Assembly (NCBI GenBank): GCA_021613535.1
Contig: CP075493.1
Location: 6,324,001-6,388,000 of the forward strand
Direction: 5' to 3'
Source of the DNA: Adineta vaga
Lineage: Eukaryota; Animalia; Rotifera
DNA: 64,000 nt
Shown here: positions 1-14,019 of the stretch, piece after piece
Layout: every line of letters starts with the position of its first letter
Position numbering within the stretch: position 1 is the first letter of the stretch
Made by a program: the position numbers and the translations under genes
The notes under the pieces: generated by a model
Seen by the model: the letters and a program-made list of their open reading frames with translations, nothing else
Told to the model about the DNA's origin: nothing
Database searches by the model: none

Positions 1-3000
1 CAACGTGCTTGGTTAACACATGCATCTCGTGTATGGGATATGATAACGAAATCGAGTCAGGTAGAAAAGAATGATTTCAATTTGATTTCTATATATGAAA
101 TTCTTCGGATTTGTTTAGTTGGCTGATTTTAGTCGTTTATTAACATGAAATCATTGAAAATCAATGTCCATTCATAAGGACAACTATGGTAAATGAGCAA
201 TATTAATAAAACAATCTGCATGGCAAATGATTGCTGACCGAGCAAAATAAAATCAAAAACAAAAATCGGCATGCACGTGCATGATGAGAAAGAAAATATT
301 ATCAAAATCTATCATTGAAATGACCTTCAAGAAGATAATTCGACAAAAAATACTCCAAAATATAAAATAGTCTTCTAATACAAGACTATTATTCTTTGTC
401 ATGGTCATTAATTCTTTTTTTCTCTTTTCTTTGATATTTTGCTTCTCTTCTCTCTGTTCTTTCGTTTTTGATCTTAACATATTTTTCCTTCTCTCTGGAT
501 TGACGAGTTTGTTTCCACATACGTTTATTTTTTGGGTTTCTTCATCAAATCATATTGAAAGAAAAAACAACATATACAAAGATTAAAATAACTATATTAC
601 TTTATATTTGTTCTCTCTCTCTCCTTTTCTTTTCTTTTCTTTTCTCCATGTATTCAAGTGTGCACGTATTATTTACTTATTTGTTATTATTCATCATATT
701 TGTTTTCTTTACAGTTTCTTTTTCTCCTTTTGATTCGATATATCTATGCTTATGCTCGGTTTGTTTGTTTGATCTAATAAAGAAACAGAAAAAAAAAGTT
801 GCGCTAAATTCGACTTCGTGATAATAAGAGCAATGATATATTGGTATTAAATGTCATCAACGTAATATTGACTCATTCAATATATGATCATAACATTTCG
901 AATGTTTTTTATCCTCTTCCCAGGTTTCCAATTAGCTCTTACATATGGTCTCAAACAAATATGTTGATAGAAAGATTAGTGTTTAATCAAAAAACTTGAA
1001 TCGGTTTCGTATGAAAATCTGATTCGACGAATGAGAATATGTTTTGATAACTTCATCAATGAATATAACATCTGTAGTTTTAAGAGAATTTATCGATGAT
1101 GAGAAAATCCTTTTTCCTAATCGTAGAAAATGTTTTACCCATAGATTCGTCTATATCAAAACAAAAGAACAGGAAGTTTGAGAGATAGTAACATGTTTAG
1201 CTAAGAGATATCGTATTATTCTATTATCCGTCGACACCCAGTCAATAGAAGATCCCACTAACGAGTTATCGTTTCCTGATATATTTTTTTGTTCTTTATC
1301 AAAAATATAATAATATATAACTACTACTACCACCACCACCCACACATTGTAGTCTTCAGTGGCAACAAATCTTCTTGATTGATTGTTTCTTTTGCTAATA
1401 CATCAGTTACAATACAATGAATTCAATTAATAGAAACAAATTATCTCTAACTAAATTTTCAATGAATAGAAATTAATAATTGATAGAAGACCTTTTCTTA
1501 ATCTTGCTAATATAAACTAATTAATGAAAAAAATGAATCAATATATTCATGAAAAATCAATGTCATAGACTCGAAGTAGAAATTGATCGATTAGATTGAT
1601 GATACTCTAGTGTGTGTAAAACAAGCTTGCTGTTGATGTCAATCAGAAACCAAATACCAGTATGGATAATTGAAAAGAATAAGAGAAAAACTGAAGACAT
1701 ATAAGCTTTATAATCGAATGAGACAAAACCGATTTTCTTCGTTTTTCTCTCTTTCTCATAAATACACACATGTCCTATACTGTTTTTATGTCCTTGTATT
1801 GACAATCATATTATCTATTTAGATAAAAATTTATTTGAATTTTTGATAGTTTTTTTTCTCTTTCTTTCTCACTATCACTCTCTCTCTCTCTCTTTCTCTC
1901 TCTTTCGCTTCCGTAAATGAACCGAGAAGGTAGAAAAAAACACGATTGCTGACATTGATTGAATTTCCGTTTGTGATAGAAGAGAGAAGGAACAGAATAA
2001 AATGACGCGACAGATAATTAGTTTTGCTTTTGAGAAAGAGAAAATCAAATGATATAAATAAAATTACATTTATCTTACACCTTTTCTTCTGTTTATGAAT
2101 GTTGTTTAACTGAATAACTACCTGTTACAGATTTTCTTTTTATCTCATTAACCAATCGTTGCCATTTTTATTCTAGTGAACAGTGCATTTTTTTGCTTTA
2201 TCTTATCCTGTTCTTTTTTTCTATCTCATTTTCTCTCTCGCTCTCTCTCTCTCTCTTTCTTCTCAACAAATGCACGCATATACACATACTATGGCACGGT
2301 TGATTATTCTCTCGTAGACGTCAGAAGTTCTTCTCTCTCTCTGCCGACGCGTCGCCTCAAGTCTCACAGTACCCCCTATTGTCGTTATTACACTAGGAAA
2401 GTCATATTTAAACAGATCGTTTCCTTGCTACTCGGAAGTAATATATTTTGTCATAAACGCTAGTAAATTCTAGCATAGAAATCATTTGAACTATCTCGAT
2501 ATTTATTTATTAGAACGATTAGTCTTGAAGAAAAGACAGCAAAAAGAAAATCTTCCCATTTATCATCAACTTCAGAAATATCTGACGAAACGAGTAGATA
2601 TATCATCTTTATACAAACATCTTAGTTTGACATCAAGCGGAAATCAACAAAAGAGAGATTCCAGACCAGTCTTGGACTTCTTTTTCTTCTCTATTATATT
2701 CAATATTTATTCCATACAATTGCAGATTAATCATTACATATTTCTTATCTGAATCAATTAATAAACAAGTAAGTTCTATTGAATGAATAGAATGATTTCA
2801 TTCTTATCTTTTTAATCATTTGTTGTTTTCAAATAATGGGCATCAGATGGTAAAACTAAAAGTACTCCTAGATTTTTTTCTCTCTCTCTTTGTTTCTTGT
2901 CTATTGTTGCTTTTTTTTCTATTTGGTGTTGAAAATTGAGAAAATAGTGACATATTGCGTTCGTGATAATCACGATGTGTGGGTTGTTCAATCATACGTT

Positions 3001-4209
3001 CGTGCAATTGCAATTTGATCAATATTTGTTCTATCAATGCTAGTTACGACAGTTTCCTATTGTGAAATTACACCTCGATTGCAGTCAGAGGTATCTATCG
3101 AAATATTCATCTCGAGATGATTATCAAGAAATATTGCAATAAAATAAACCCTCTTCACAAACATTGACAAGAACTTGAAGATGTGTAATATTAATCCGAT
3201 TAAGTTTTTCTCTTATTTACTTTTGTCATGACTCGTACTTTCTGACAAATATATGCACACATGTTCGCTTGATTATCATCTTATTATCAGAAATTTTTCT
3301 TCTCATGCTAGTGGCCATCAAACGAATTTGTAAATATCAATAATATATCAGATTTTGCTTTTCTTTTGCTTGTTATTCTACTATGGATAGTATTGATTGT
3401 ACGGATATACGTATTTTCATAATCTTTTATTCCTTTTTTTTTCTTCTTGCGCCTAAAGATTCTAAACATATCGATATTTCATCTCGTGCATCAGCTCGAC
3501 ATTCTCTTTTACCAAAAGTGTTATGTTTGATCGTTTCGATGAAGAAACCTTCTCATAAAAAACATTATTCGTTTGTATATGGAAAGAAGAATTGTCTTTG
3601 ATAATGCATAGAATAGCATATATATGCACTATCGTCACAAGCACGTCAAAACGACCACTAGACAGACATCTGAAAGATTCTCAAGCGACAAATAGAATAT
3701 GTCGCATGAAAATACTGTATTAATTACGACAGTAGTTTGAAGATCAAAAAGAAAACGGAAGACCACGACAGAGAATTATTAATCGTTGTAGAGTGGATTG
3801 TATGGTTTTGTGTTTTTTTTCTAGTATGTTTGTTCCTAAGCGATTGAAGACAACAAAGAAATAATCTAGGATTATATCAATATATTTTTGTTTTTGAATG
3901 GTCTTCTATAGTTTAATTCGACAAGACAAGTAAGTATTGTTGAATAAATCATATAGAAAATCAATCTATTTGGTTCTTTTTCTTTTTCTATGATTGCATA
4001 AGTTAAGACGATAAATTCTCGGGTGAATTAGTATAGTTTTGCGAAGAAAAAGAAAGAAGATTTATGAATATCTTATCTTGGTTTGATTTCTAAGAAATTA
4101 TTCTGTTGTTTAGTGATCAAGACTATCTCGTCATCAAATTGTCGTTTTTATTGTTTTGTTACATCCGTTGTTGTCGTTGTTGTCATTGTCTCATTATCTT
4201 GCGTTCATC

Positions 4210-6746
4210 ATGTTTAAACTCAAAAGAAAATCTCAACCACCGACAACAGCACCATCATCAAGCAGTGTTAGTCGTACAACTTTACTTGTTTCTTCGTCTT
4301 CTGCTTGTCCTACACGTCATTATTATTATCATCATCATCATAAGAATGTTTCATCGTCATCATCTACCTCAGTCTCACCACAATATAGCACCTATCAAAA
4401 AACCTCTCGTCAACGACGAAATGAAGAAAATCTTTCGAATACACGATCATCACGTCCCAAACAATTTCTTGGTTATTTCCGTTGTTGCTGCTATCATTTA
4501 TGTTCATGCACATGTGAATGTTCTATTCCATCGAATACATTTTCAAATGGTAATGCTTCATCAATATTTACTCGACAGAATTGTGCAAGTACATCATCAA
4601 TTAGTTCATCCTACTATCGTCGTTAAAAAATTAGACATTTTCATTGATTTTCTTCTTTCAACTGATCATTTACGTGGCTATTTTTCCGAAAGATATCTTC
4701 TCGAAAGAAAACCAAAGAAAATTTTCCTACCGAAATTAACATTAGCTGTTCTTCTACTTTCATCTCTATTTCCCTTGACATTTGCAACTACATTACCACC
4801 ATCATCAGCACAACAGATCACAACTGTTAATCGTGATTTATATATTTTCGGTAGTTTTCCATTGAATTCTTCATCAATTACATTTTCATTTGCTCGAAAA
4901 CCACAATGGCATGCAGGATGCTGTATACGTTCAAATAAAACTCTTCTACCTGCTTGCCTTCCATCATTAAATTCAACATTCAATGATCTTGTAGCAGAGA
5001 ATTTCAATGATAAATTCTATTCAAGTGATTTTCTTAATGATCAAACATTATTTTGTCAACGATACAATACATTTCGAAGATTAACATCGAAACAATTAGC
5101 GATATTCACTTATATGATTGTTGTTATTGGAATTATATTCAATACCTTTGTTTTTATTGTCCTAATGTGCGGTTCATTAAGACGATCAACATCCTTTGCA
5201 TTATTTTTAGCCTTGACATGTTTCGATTTATTAAGTTTAGCATCAAGTGTCTTTGCTCTTCTCTTTCGAACTGTTATGACATATTTAAAAACATCCGCAT
5301 CCTTTTGTAAACTATTTGGTATTTTTTTCTTATATTTTCGGCAATGTTCATCAACAACATTATTATTAATAGCTATTGAACGTTGTATTGTTATTAAATA
5401 TCCATTTTGTCGACATACATTCGATCGATTTCGTTTACCATTATTATGTTTTATTATGTTTATATTTGTTGCACCAATTCCATTTGATTTCATATTCTAT
5501 ACAAGTGGTTCATTACATTGTGAAGCATTTGATACAACTCATGCACATTATTATCAAATATTTCGAGGCTTTTTTACTGTATTTTCTTATGCAATGGTAC
5601 CATTTGTTGGAATATCGATCAGTAATTTTTTGATTATTATGGAATTGAAAAAGTCGAAAAAACGTTTTATGACCAAAGATGAAGATGGTACTATGAGACG
5701 TTTTTCAACCAAGTAAGTCCAATTTTGTGCTTGAGTGCAAATACTTCAACAAAACTTGTGTAAATCATTAGATTCAAAGATGATTTTTAATTAGAGTTTT
5801 GACGTGCCTGATGAGAATGTAAGCTGATATCATATCATTATCATCAGTAACGGCATAGAATATAACTTTATTAGAGCTCAAAGTGAGATAGTTATCATGA
5901 ATCGATTATCGTCAATAATGTCATACTTCATATAAGGAATAACGATTGTATTATTCATTCATATTAAATCATTTATTAAAAAATAGATAAAGATCTTATT
6001 TGACATTATTGATTTCTTCTTTTGTAAATTTTAGTGTTGTGGATAAACGAGGTACAACAGTAATGTTATTAGTTGCATCGTTTGCTTTTGTTCTTCTTCT
6101 TGGTCCATTCTATGTCCATTGGTGTATAGCATATCTATTTTATTATTATCCTCAATGTCAATTTACTCGAAATCTTTATGAAAATGTTCAAGTATGTATG
6201 GGTGTTTTTCATCCATATTTAACCGTTATTGAAAAAGGTATGAGAGAATCAAATCATGCCATTAATTTTCTTCTCTATTGGTCAACATCGACACGTTTTC
6301 GTTTGGATTTTAAACGTATAAGTCGTCGATTATTTTTACAAATCTTTGGTACATCAATTCTATTTTTATATCGACATATTTGTTTTTGTTGTACAGAACC
6401 ATCATGTCTTGTTACACTTGAACGACATGTGTCAGATACAACAGATTTAGATTCATCTTATGAATCGAATCGAAAAAATCATACAGCTTATAAAACTTCA
6501 CATTACTATTCAAATTATGAACGACGACGTCAACATCAACTAGTTCAAGCAACTTTATTAAATAATACAATTCAAACAGATGCAAATTTAACTCCAGCAG
6601 CATCATTACATACCTTAACAGCTAATACAGCGAAAACAGTACGAATGTTAACATGGAATCCTCATGATCCAATGATGCGTCATCTTGAAAGTCGACGACA
6701 AGCAACACGTTTATCTAAACAGCTTTCGACATCCGGTGCTGTTTAA
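4210..6746 (+). CDS. Class A (rhodopsin-like) peptide-type GPCR with long Ser/His/Cys-rich N-terminal extension; apparent +1 frameshift at ~4623; intron 5713-6034
   Basis: Seven hydrophobic segments with GIIFNT (TM1), LALTCFDLL (TM2), FCK plus IAIERC (TM3, DRY-like), LLGPF (TM6), NHAINFLLY (TM7) and FR helix 8. Phase-2 GT..AG intron 5713-6034 joins the two ORFs in frame. ATG 4210 is the first ATG after a probable 5'UTR intron (~3930-4113) but is out of frame with the 7TM region, so the start is uncertain. Confidence 0.8.
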
Positions 6747-7590
6747 AACTTTAGAATTTATTTTTCTCTTTTATTTTCTTCAATATGTATTTTCTTTCTT
6801 TCTTTCTTTCTTTTTTGTTTGGTCTTCGTGAATAATCTGCAGTATCGATGCAAACTAATCTTTAATTTCATTCTGACAGATCTGTCATTTCCTCAAGACG
6901 AAGATCAACGCCTCCAAATGAATCTAATTAAAACTAAATGATATTGTTTCAAAAGTTTCTTTTTTTTCCGGTTATCCAATGTCGTCAATAATCTTTGTTG
7001 ACTGTGATTGACAAAGAGATAATTATCTTGTTGTATGTCATAAAATACATTAGTTAAAAGCAATATCTTGCCTTCAAAAATAAATGATGCAAATAAATAA
7101 CAATTTCTTCTATTTATGTCAAATGACGGAAACAAATAATCGAAAAGATGATTCTTTTCTTAGAATGCACTCATCATCACCTACGACCGACAAATATCTT
7201 CTATTCAATATATAATAGATTCTTTTCACAATTATTGAAGATTTACCAAAGAAAATCAGCGCTTAAATTAAGGTACTTTTTTTTATTAGTCTTGGATTAC
7301 TCGAAGAAATGAAAACATATCTTGCTGTATAAAAAGTAGCTTAGATTTATCTTCATCCTTTTGAATATATGAAAGAATAATATGTTCATTCAAAACATCG
7401 AAATAACATGCTCATTGAATTCTGATGTTATACATGCTCAAATAGAAATCTAAACATATGAATGAACAAACGAATATGAAGAGGAAAAATAGTTGATGAT
7501 CATATTACAAATACGATGAATTCTATCTGATCTGTTAATAGTTGACTTTCTGTTTTTCATACGATTCAATCATGTAAATATCATTCATGG

Positions 7591-8624
7591 GTGTCAATTC
7601 GCACGAATACTTTATCAGACACAATCACATATCTTCGAATCGGATACAAATCAAATATCATTGTCTACTCAACCTTTGTATCCATTGACAGATCAGATAA
7701 TTTCAACACATTCAATTGGTATTATATATCGTCTAGGAGATGTTTATCTCCTGCCAGTGCTTCTTCTTCTTCTTCTTTTTCTTTTTCTTCATTGTCCACA
7801 TTGTTATGACCATGAATTGTGAATCTACTATTGTTGATAGACATAGAAATTTTGATAAAGATTACATCAATGTCATTTGGAACGTCTATATATATTGCAA
7901 AATAATTCATTGTTTATAGTCAGTAAATTTGTTAAAAATAATAAGATATGAAGAAGTATCATTGAAAAATATTCATCATTTCTGTGTATTGGTTGATATG
8001 TACTCAAGAAATCGCTTGAGGGTTAAATAAATAAGTTGTTATAATTCTCAATTTCTATTTCAATCAAGTTAGTTATTGGTAAATCTATTACAAGTATGAA
8101 TATAAATTGTTTTTACATATCTTAGAAAATCATATTCGATTAATGACTTCTCCAGTCTACAATGAAAGTAATTTTCCTTTTACAATCACATACATCGAAT
8201 CGAGCAATCGTACCACTGAAATCTCATTTATTAATTCATCGTGTCAAAATAGATGTAACTATCCTGAATTGTATGAATGTCATTCAATAACTCTTTGACG
8301 TTACCATCAAATTTCTTTCGATCAACTGCAATCAAATAAAACTAATCTCAACTGTCTATATCCATTAGATACTCACTATATTTCATGTATCATTATCATG
8401 AAGTGATATCTGATTGTAACAATGACAAACCATTATTATCTTGTTCAAATGGTTATATTTGTCGATATATACAAGATTCACTACTTAATCATATCAATAA
8501 ATCTATTTTAACATCGACATTTATATTCTTAATTTTACTTATTAGTACTTTTTTAATTATAATCATATCGATGGAAATCCAATCACCCAATAGAACGCAT
8601 GTTGACATTTTGATAATACACTAG
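7591..8624 (+). pseudogene. Possible degraded gene for a Cys-containing extracellular single-pass membrane protein
   Basis: Collinear ORF fragments with extracellular-like Cys motifs (CQNRCNYPELYEC, DCNNDKPLLSCSNGYICR) and a TM segment (ILTSTFIFLILLISTFLIIII), broken by stops and frame changes. I could not build a clean spliced model. Confidence 0.3.
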
Positions 8625-11323
8625 ATAGTCATATTATTTAAGGTAAAATTATCTTTGCTCTTTTTCATGATAATAGAAAAGAAAACATGCATCAAACTGA
8701 ATTCGTGAATATCCTTTTTATCTCTAATCACATTAACACTAACATACAAGAACAAATGGTAATCTAATAATAGGAAAAAAAGCGGTTTGCTTGTGCCAAA
8801 AGGAAAATCATATCAAACTCGAAAAATTTATCGAATAAAGACAAATAATATTTTAAGCAAATCAGTTCTTCTGATCAGAAAGAAAAAACAATATTCTCGA
8901 TCATAATCATTTTTTTTTCTTTCTTCCTTTCTCTCTTTATTAAACTATCAATTGAATACTTTTAAAAATCGATTACTTCAACATATTCGAATTGAGTACA
9001 CAAAAAAATAATAATAATTTACATATACACATGTGACCATGACCTTAAAACGTAGATCAACAAAGCAAGGCAAGACAATTATGTCTTATCACCATATGCT
9101 TTTATTCGATGATTTTGCTTCTGAATTGTACTACACATTCTGTACTAAATCATATAAATGTTCTAAATTGGCACTTGTCATCAACGAATATTTCTTCGTA
9201 TTTATGTTGACAGAATCTTCCAAGACAAAGAAGGACAATAGCTTACAACATTATTGTACTAGGTTGTTACACCGAAGTGTTATGTCGATTGATAGTCTCT
9301 AAATTGTTCTTGAACATTCAAGATAGATATTGGAACAAGAAAAAGAACTTTTTCTTTTTTTTCTTCTTATTTTCAATGATTTTATACTAATCGAATAATA
9401 TTCTGTTATGTATAAGGGAAAAATTTGAATATTATTTCCACTTGAAAAATGATTTGATAGAATACGATTAGAAATTTCTGTTCATAATACAATGTTAAAT
9501 CATTGCGGTGAATAAAATAAATATTACTTAGTGATGAAATGATCATATTTATTTCATAAGTATAACATTATGAATCATCGATTGCGTTGATTACAGAATA
9601 GTAAAAGAAGAAGAAAAAAACGAAAGAGAAATTACGAGTGAACTTGATTGTTCAACGTTAAATATTAAATGATCTTATCAATCATCACGTCAACCCAACT
9701 TCCTCCTTTTTTTTCCTAAAGGAATGATTAGAATCGATCGTATTCTATCAAATCAATGTTTCTAATCTAAAAACTTTCTTTAGCTATCACTATTTTTCTT
9801 CTCTTATCTTCTTTGGACATCACTCTATTGAAAGAAAGAACGAAGACGAAGATAATATTGTTACGGAGAATGATCCTGACAGACTGCTTCATGTCAACAA
9901 CAATTGTGTTAGCAGACAACTAATGCTTATTCTGACGTTTTCTTTCTCTCTCTTTTCTAATCGACCAAATGCAAATCAATTTTCTTTTCTCGAATATTAC
10001 AGATCTATTGTAAATGATGATAATGATGATATATAGGAGAGAATTCTACTTAGAAACAAATGATGATAGTGATGATGATTTAACCTTAACTGATAGGGTG
10101 CCACTTCTTTCTATTATCTGATGATGAAGAACGTGTGTATTGATGCATAGATGTACGGCTAATCAAGAACACATTTACGTATACTGCCAATGATATGACC
10201 GAGCCGGCCGATACTATGACAAGTATGTAACAATTGCTTTCTCAGCCGTTCTTTCTGTTTCAAATCAACAGATGCCATTTAGATGAGTGGATATGCCTAC
10301 ATTCGTATGCGTATGTGTGTGTGTGATTACCGCCGCGCCATTCGTTCTTCCCGTTATAACAGCAGCAGTAACCACAGCGGCATGCGAATAAAAATTTAAC
10401 GAACCTTTATACCTCGTAACCACATCTTTTTCATATATGTTTATACCGTTCTTTACATTCGTTCTCTTCTTCGTCTTCTCGACATACAAGATCATAGGAG
10501 TAATGATTGTAGTAAAGCATTTTAAGTATATGTATGTATGTATGTATGTGTGTGTGTGTATGTTGAACGAATAAAAGAAAGGAGATCCTTCTTTTCTTGT
10601 CTCATTTTTTTGGAGAAAGAGAGACCTAGAGAAAGAGAGAGCGAGAGCGAGAGCGAGAGAGAAAGAACAAAAGAGAAACAAGCAAGTACAAGATAATGTT
10701 TCGTTTCTTATCACTCTTATTCATCCCATCCATTCTTACTGTTCTCTCTTTCTCTTTTTTTTTGCAAAGAACATAATCGCGCGCATACGCTTCGTATCCT
10801 ATATCATCTTTAGGAGAATTTGGATTGTCGACGACGTGGTAGCAGAATTAGTAATATTGTCAATTTCATTGTAATATTGTTCCATGAACAAACATCGATA
10901 TCAATCATGACAATAACTTGCTCTTTATCAACAACTCTCATTTGATTTGACTTGATTCGGTAAGCAATCTATCATGATCAATATAATTTTAATTTAAACA
11001 AATGCTGATCATGTGCTTTGTTTAAATACATCTATACATATACTTATATTCATATCCATTTACATATCTCCACCCCTTTCAAGTTAATCTTCCCTATGAA
11101 TATAATGTCGTGTTTGCATCTCTTTTACTACTCTCTTTTTTTCTCTTTTATACAGATTTATAACCTGTACCAATATCGGATCACCATTTAAGTATCGTCG
11201 ATGAATTGTCACATCGATGTAATGCTGTCTTACATACATCGAATTTATCGTAACAAAAAGTGCGATTAACAATAGGTATTAAGAATAGTTATATCTTCAT
11301 CTTCTTTAATACCACCAATCAAA

Positions 11324-13970
11324 ATGAACGATTATGAACGACGTTTCAAACGTTCACTACAAAAATTGACTGTACCTTTATGGTATACTGATGCCATTCC
11401 ATCGTCAACTATTCCCAATAGTAGTAGTAAACAATCGATTATCTCGACACCATCTATACCATGGAAAACTTATTATCGACAAACGCAACGTACACCGGAA
11501 ATAATTCATTTACAACATCCATATAATTATCGTTCGTGTCGTTCGTCATTGGCAACATCACCGTCACCGTCTATTCATTCTTGGCATCCAAATCATATGA
11601 TTGAAGGAATGACCTTTTCTTTATTAAAACCTTCAACATCACGGCGCCATCAAAAATATGAAAAGGGCATTGATCGTGTATCAAAATCAAGTCGTTGGTA
11701 TCAACCGACCCAGTTTATAGATAATCAAACAACAAATAGTCAAACAGGTAGATTTAAAAATATTTTATTTTAAACTAGAAATCGATCGTCATCATCATCA
11801 TCATCAAAGAAGAAAAGAAATCGTTTAATAAAGGAGGACTTGATGTTTATTTGATGCTTTTTTGTATAATTGTACAAGGGCATTATGACTAACCATATGG
11901 TTTCTTCGTGAAATTGTCGATTAGCAGATTTTTATCGCCACTTGTACGCTTCCTAGACGTACAGGATTGTGTCGCATATTGGCAAGAAAAAAATTATCGT
12001 TTTTTGTCTTTTTCTTCTCGTCTCCTCTTGCTATCTTCCACTGGTGTCTCGCCTTGTATTATATGTACATTGATGCGTTGTCACACGAAACATACTGATC
12101 AAAAGTAAATTGAATCAAAGGGAAAATTGAATTGTATATACACGGTTTAATGAACCGAGCAGAATAAATATTTCTTATTAGATGACAAATTTCGATTTTA
12201 CTGATTTAAATCTAAGATCAGTTTGTTTCGGAAATATGACATTCTCAATGACAAACGACTGTGACATGTGTGCAGTCTGTTATTTAATGAATGTCTATCG
12301 TAATTCTTTCGTAGATTGAGTGATTACGAAAAGAAATTGAATTAGAACTAGAACACAGTCTTCTCCATAGAATATAAGGGATCTCATAAGAGTAAAAGTA
12401 AAGAATAATATTTGAGCTATATAATCTTGAGGTATCGATCAAATCAAATGGCTTCATTTTCATATAATGAGGCAATAGACAAGCATGCGCCAACTAATAT
12501 TCTTCTGTGAATAAAAAAAAGAAAGGAAAACGTGCAATATGTGCACCAATTGTGCATGTGTGTGTTCTTTTTTTTCAAGGTCTAGTGAATAATGAGATGA
12601 ATATGTTCTTTTACAGGTACAATCAAAACATCAACATCAATCAGACATAATCAACAATCGACAACGAATAATCACTATGATGCACCGAAATTTTACTATA
12701 ATAATGATGATGACGAAAGTTTAATCTTTAAATCGAATTGTTTGGTTACTAATGGTAGCCCTGAAAATATTCTCGTCAACAGGCCAACTAACAATGTGAT
12801 TGCAAACGATAAGGTTGGTATACGTTCTTTGCATGTCGCGTTTCTTTTTTTCTTCTCTTCTTTTCCCTCTTCTTTTTTTTCGCATATAAAAAGAACAAGA
12901 TAAAAAGCAAGTTTGTCGTTAATTGTTTTTGTCTTCTAGCAACAAGACAATCATCTTAATTCAAATGAATCTCAAATAATGCCTATGGCGGAGTAAGAAA
13001 AACAAATCAGTTTTAATTTTTACTATCAAATCATTTTATTTTTCTTTGATTTCTTTTAGGATACAAGAAGCTTTCAGTCATCTTGAATCAAAAGATCTAA
13101 ATGATAAAGCAGAAGATAAACGATCATTATTTATAGACAAGACAAGACCTAAAACAGATTTATCATTATCAAACGATCAGATTAATTATAATGTATTGTT
13201 AGAGCGTACGGCCAATAATTTGGTTCAAGCAGTACTTTCTGATATATATTTATTAGAAAATCATGATGATGACGATGATGATGATGAAAAAAATCGTGGT
13301 GTAAGAGAATTATCTGACGATGAAAATGGTCTTCGAGAATTAGATGAAAATGATATGAATGATACAGATGAATTTATTGTTTTTGCTACAAATGCAGACA
13401 TATCAGACGAGGATCAACTATCGCATACACCACGATGTAGCCTAAATAGACTATATACATTTTCAAGACCACATAATTATAATCATGGTAGCAGCAATAA
13501 TATGGATAGTTCAAAACAAACAACTTCCGAACAGGTATGTCGAAAAGAAAAACACGAAATTAATTTCATGGAAATTTTCGTCGAAATCTATTCAGTTGTA
13601 GTAAACAGATATGTGTACATTGAAAAATAAAAAGAACTAACGTTTAGTAAGTAATCAGTAGACAAACAACGAACTATCAATTATCTATTTGCTTTTTGTC
13701 TTGTCTGACGCGTGTGTATTACCATATGCGTCGATTTCCAAGGAGAATTCTGTCGTATTTGTCTTTCATGTCGATTTGACATAATCAGAAGAGAAAACGA
13801 AAATTTTTCTTCTTTCTTTTTCGTTTAAATAAATCTCAAGGTTTATTAATTGTCGCTTTTCGTTTTGTTACCTGTATAATTGTAATCTATGTGTCGTGCT
13901 TTCGTGTATGATATGTGATTAGGACCATCAAATTCAAGGAAAGATTCTCCGTTCGCTTATGTATACCTTT

Positions 13971-14019
<49 letters not shown>

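Noticed and set aside
253-3644. Numerous 60-95 aa Phe/Leu/Ser- or Lys/Arg-rich ORFs
   Set aside because: Products of CT/T-rich low-complexity non-coding DNA, probably promoter and 5'UTR introns of the GPCR.
4106-4546. N-terminal part of the 536 aa ORF as true coding sequence
   Set aside because: TTG start lies across a splice acceptor, and the His/Ile/Val-rich translation is the shifted reading of TCA-rich codons in the ATG-4210 frame.
10265-10714. 149 aa minus-strand ORF
   Set aside because: Made of (GA)n, (GT)n and (GTAT)n microsatellites; GTG start.
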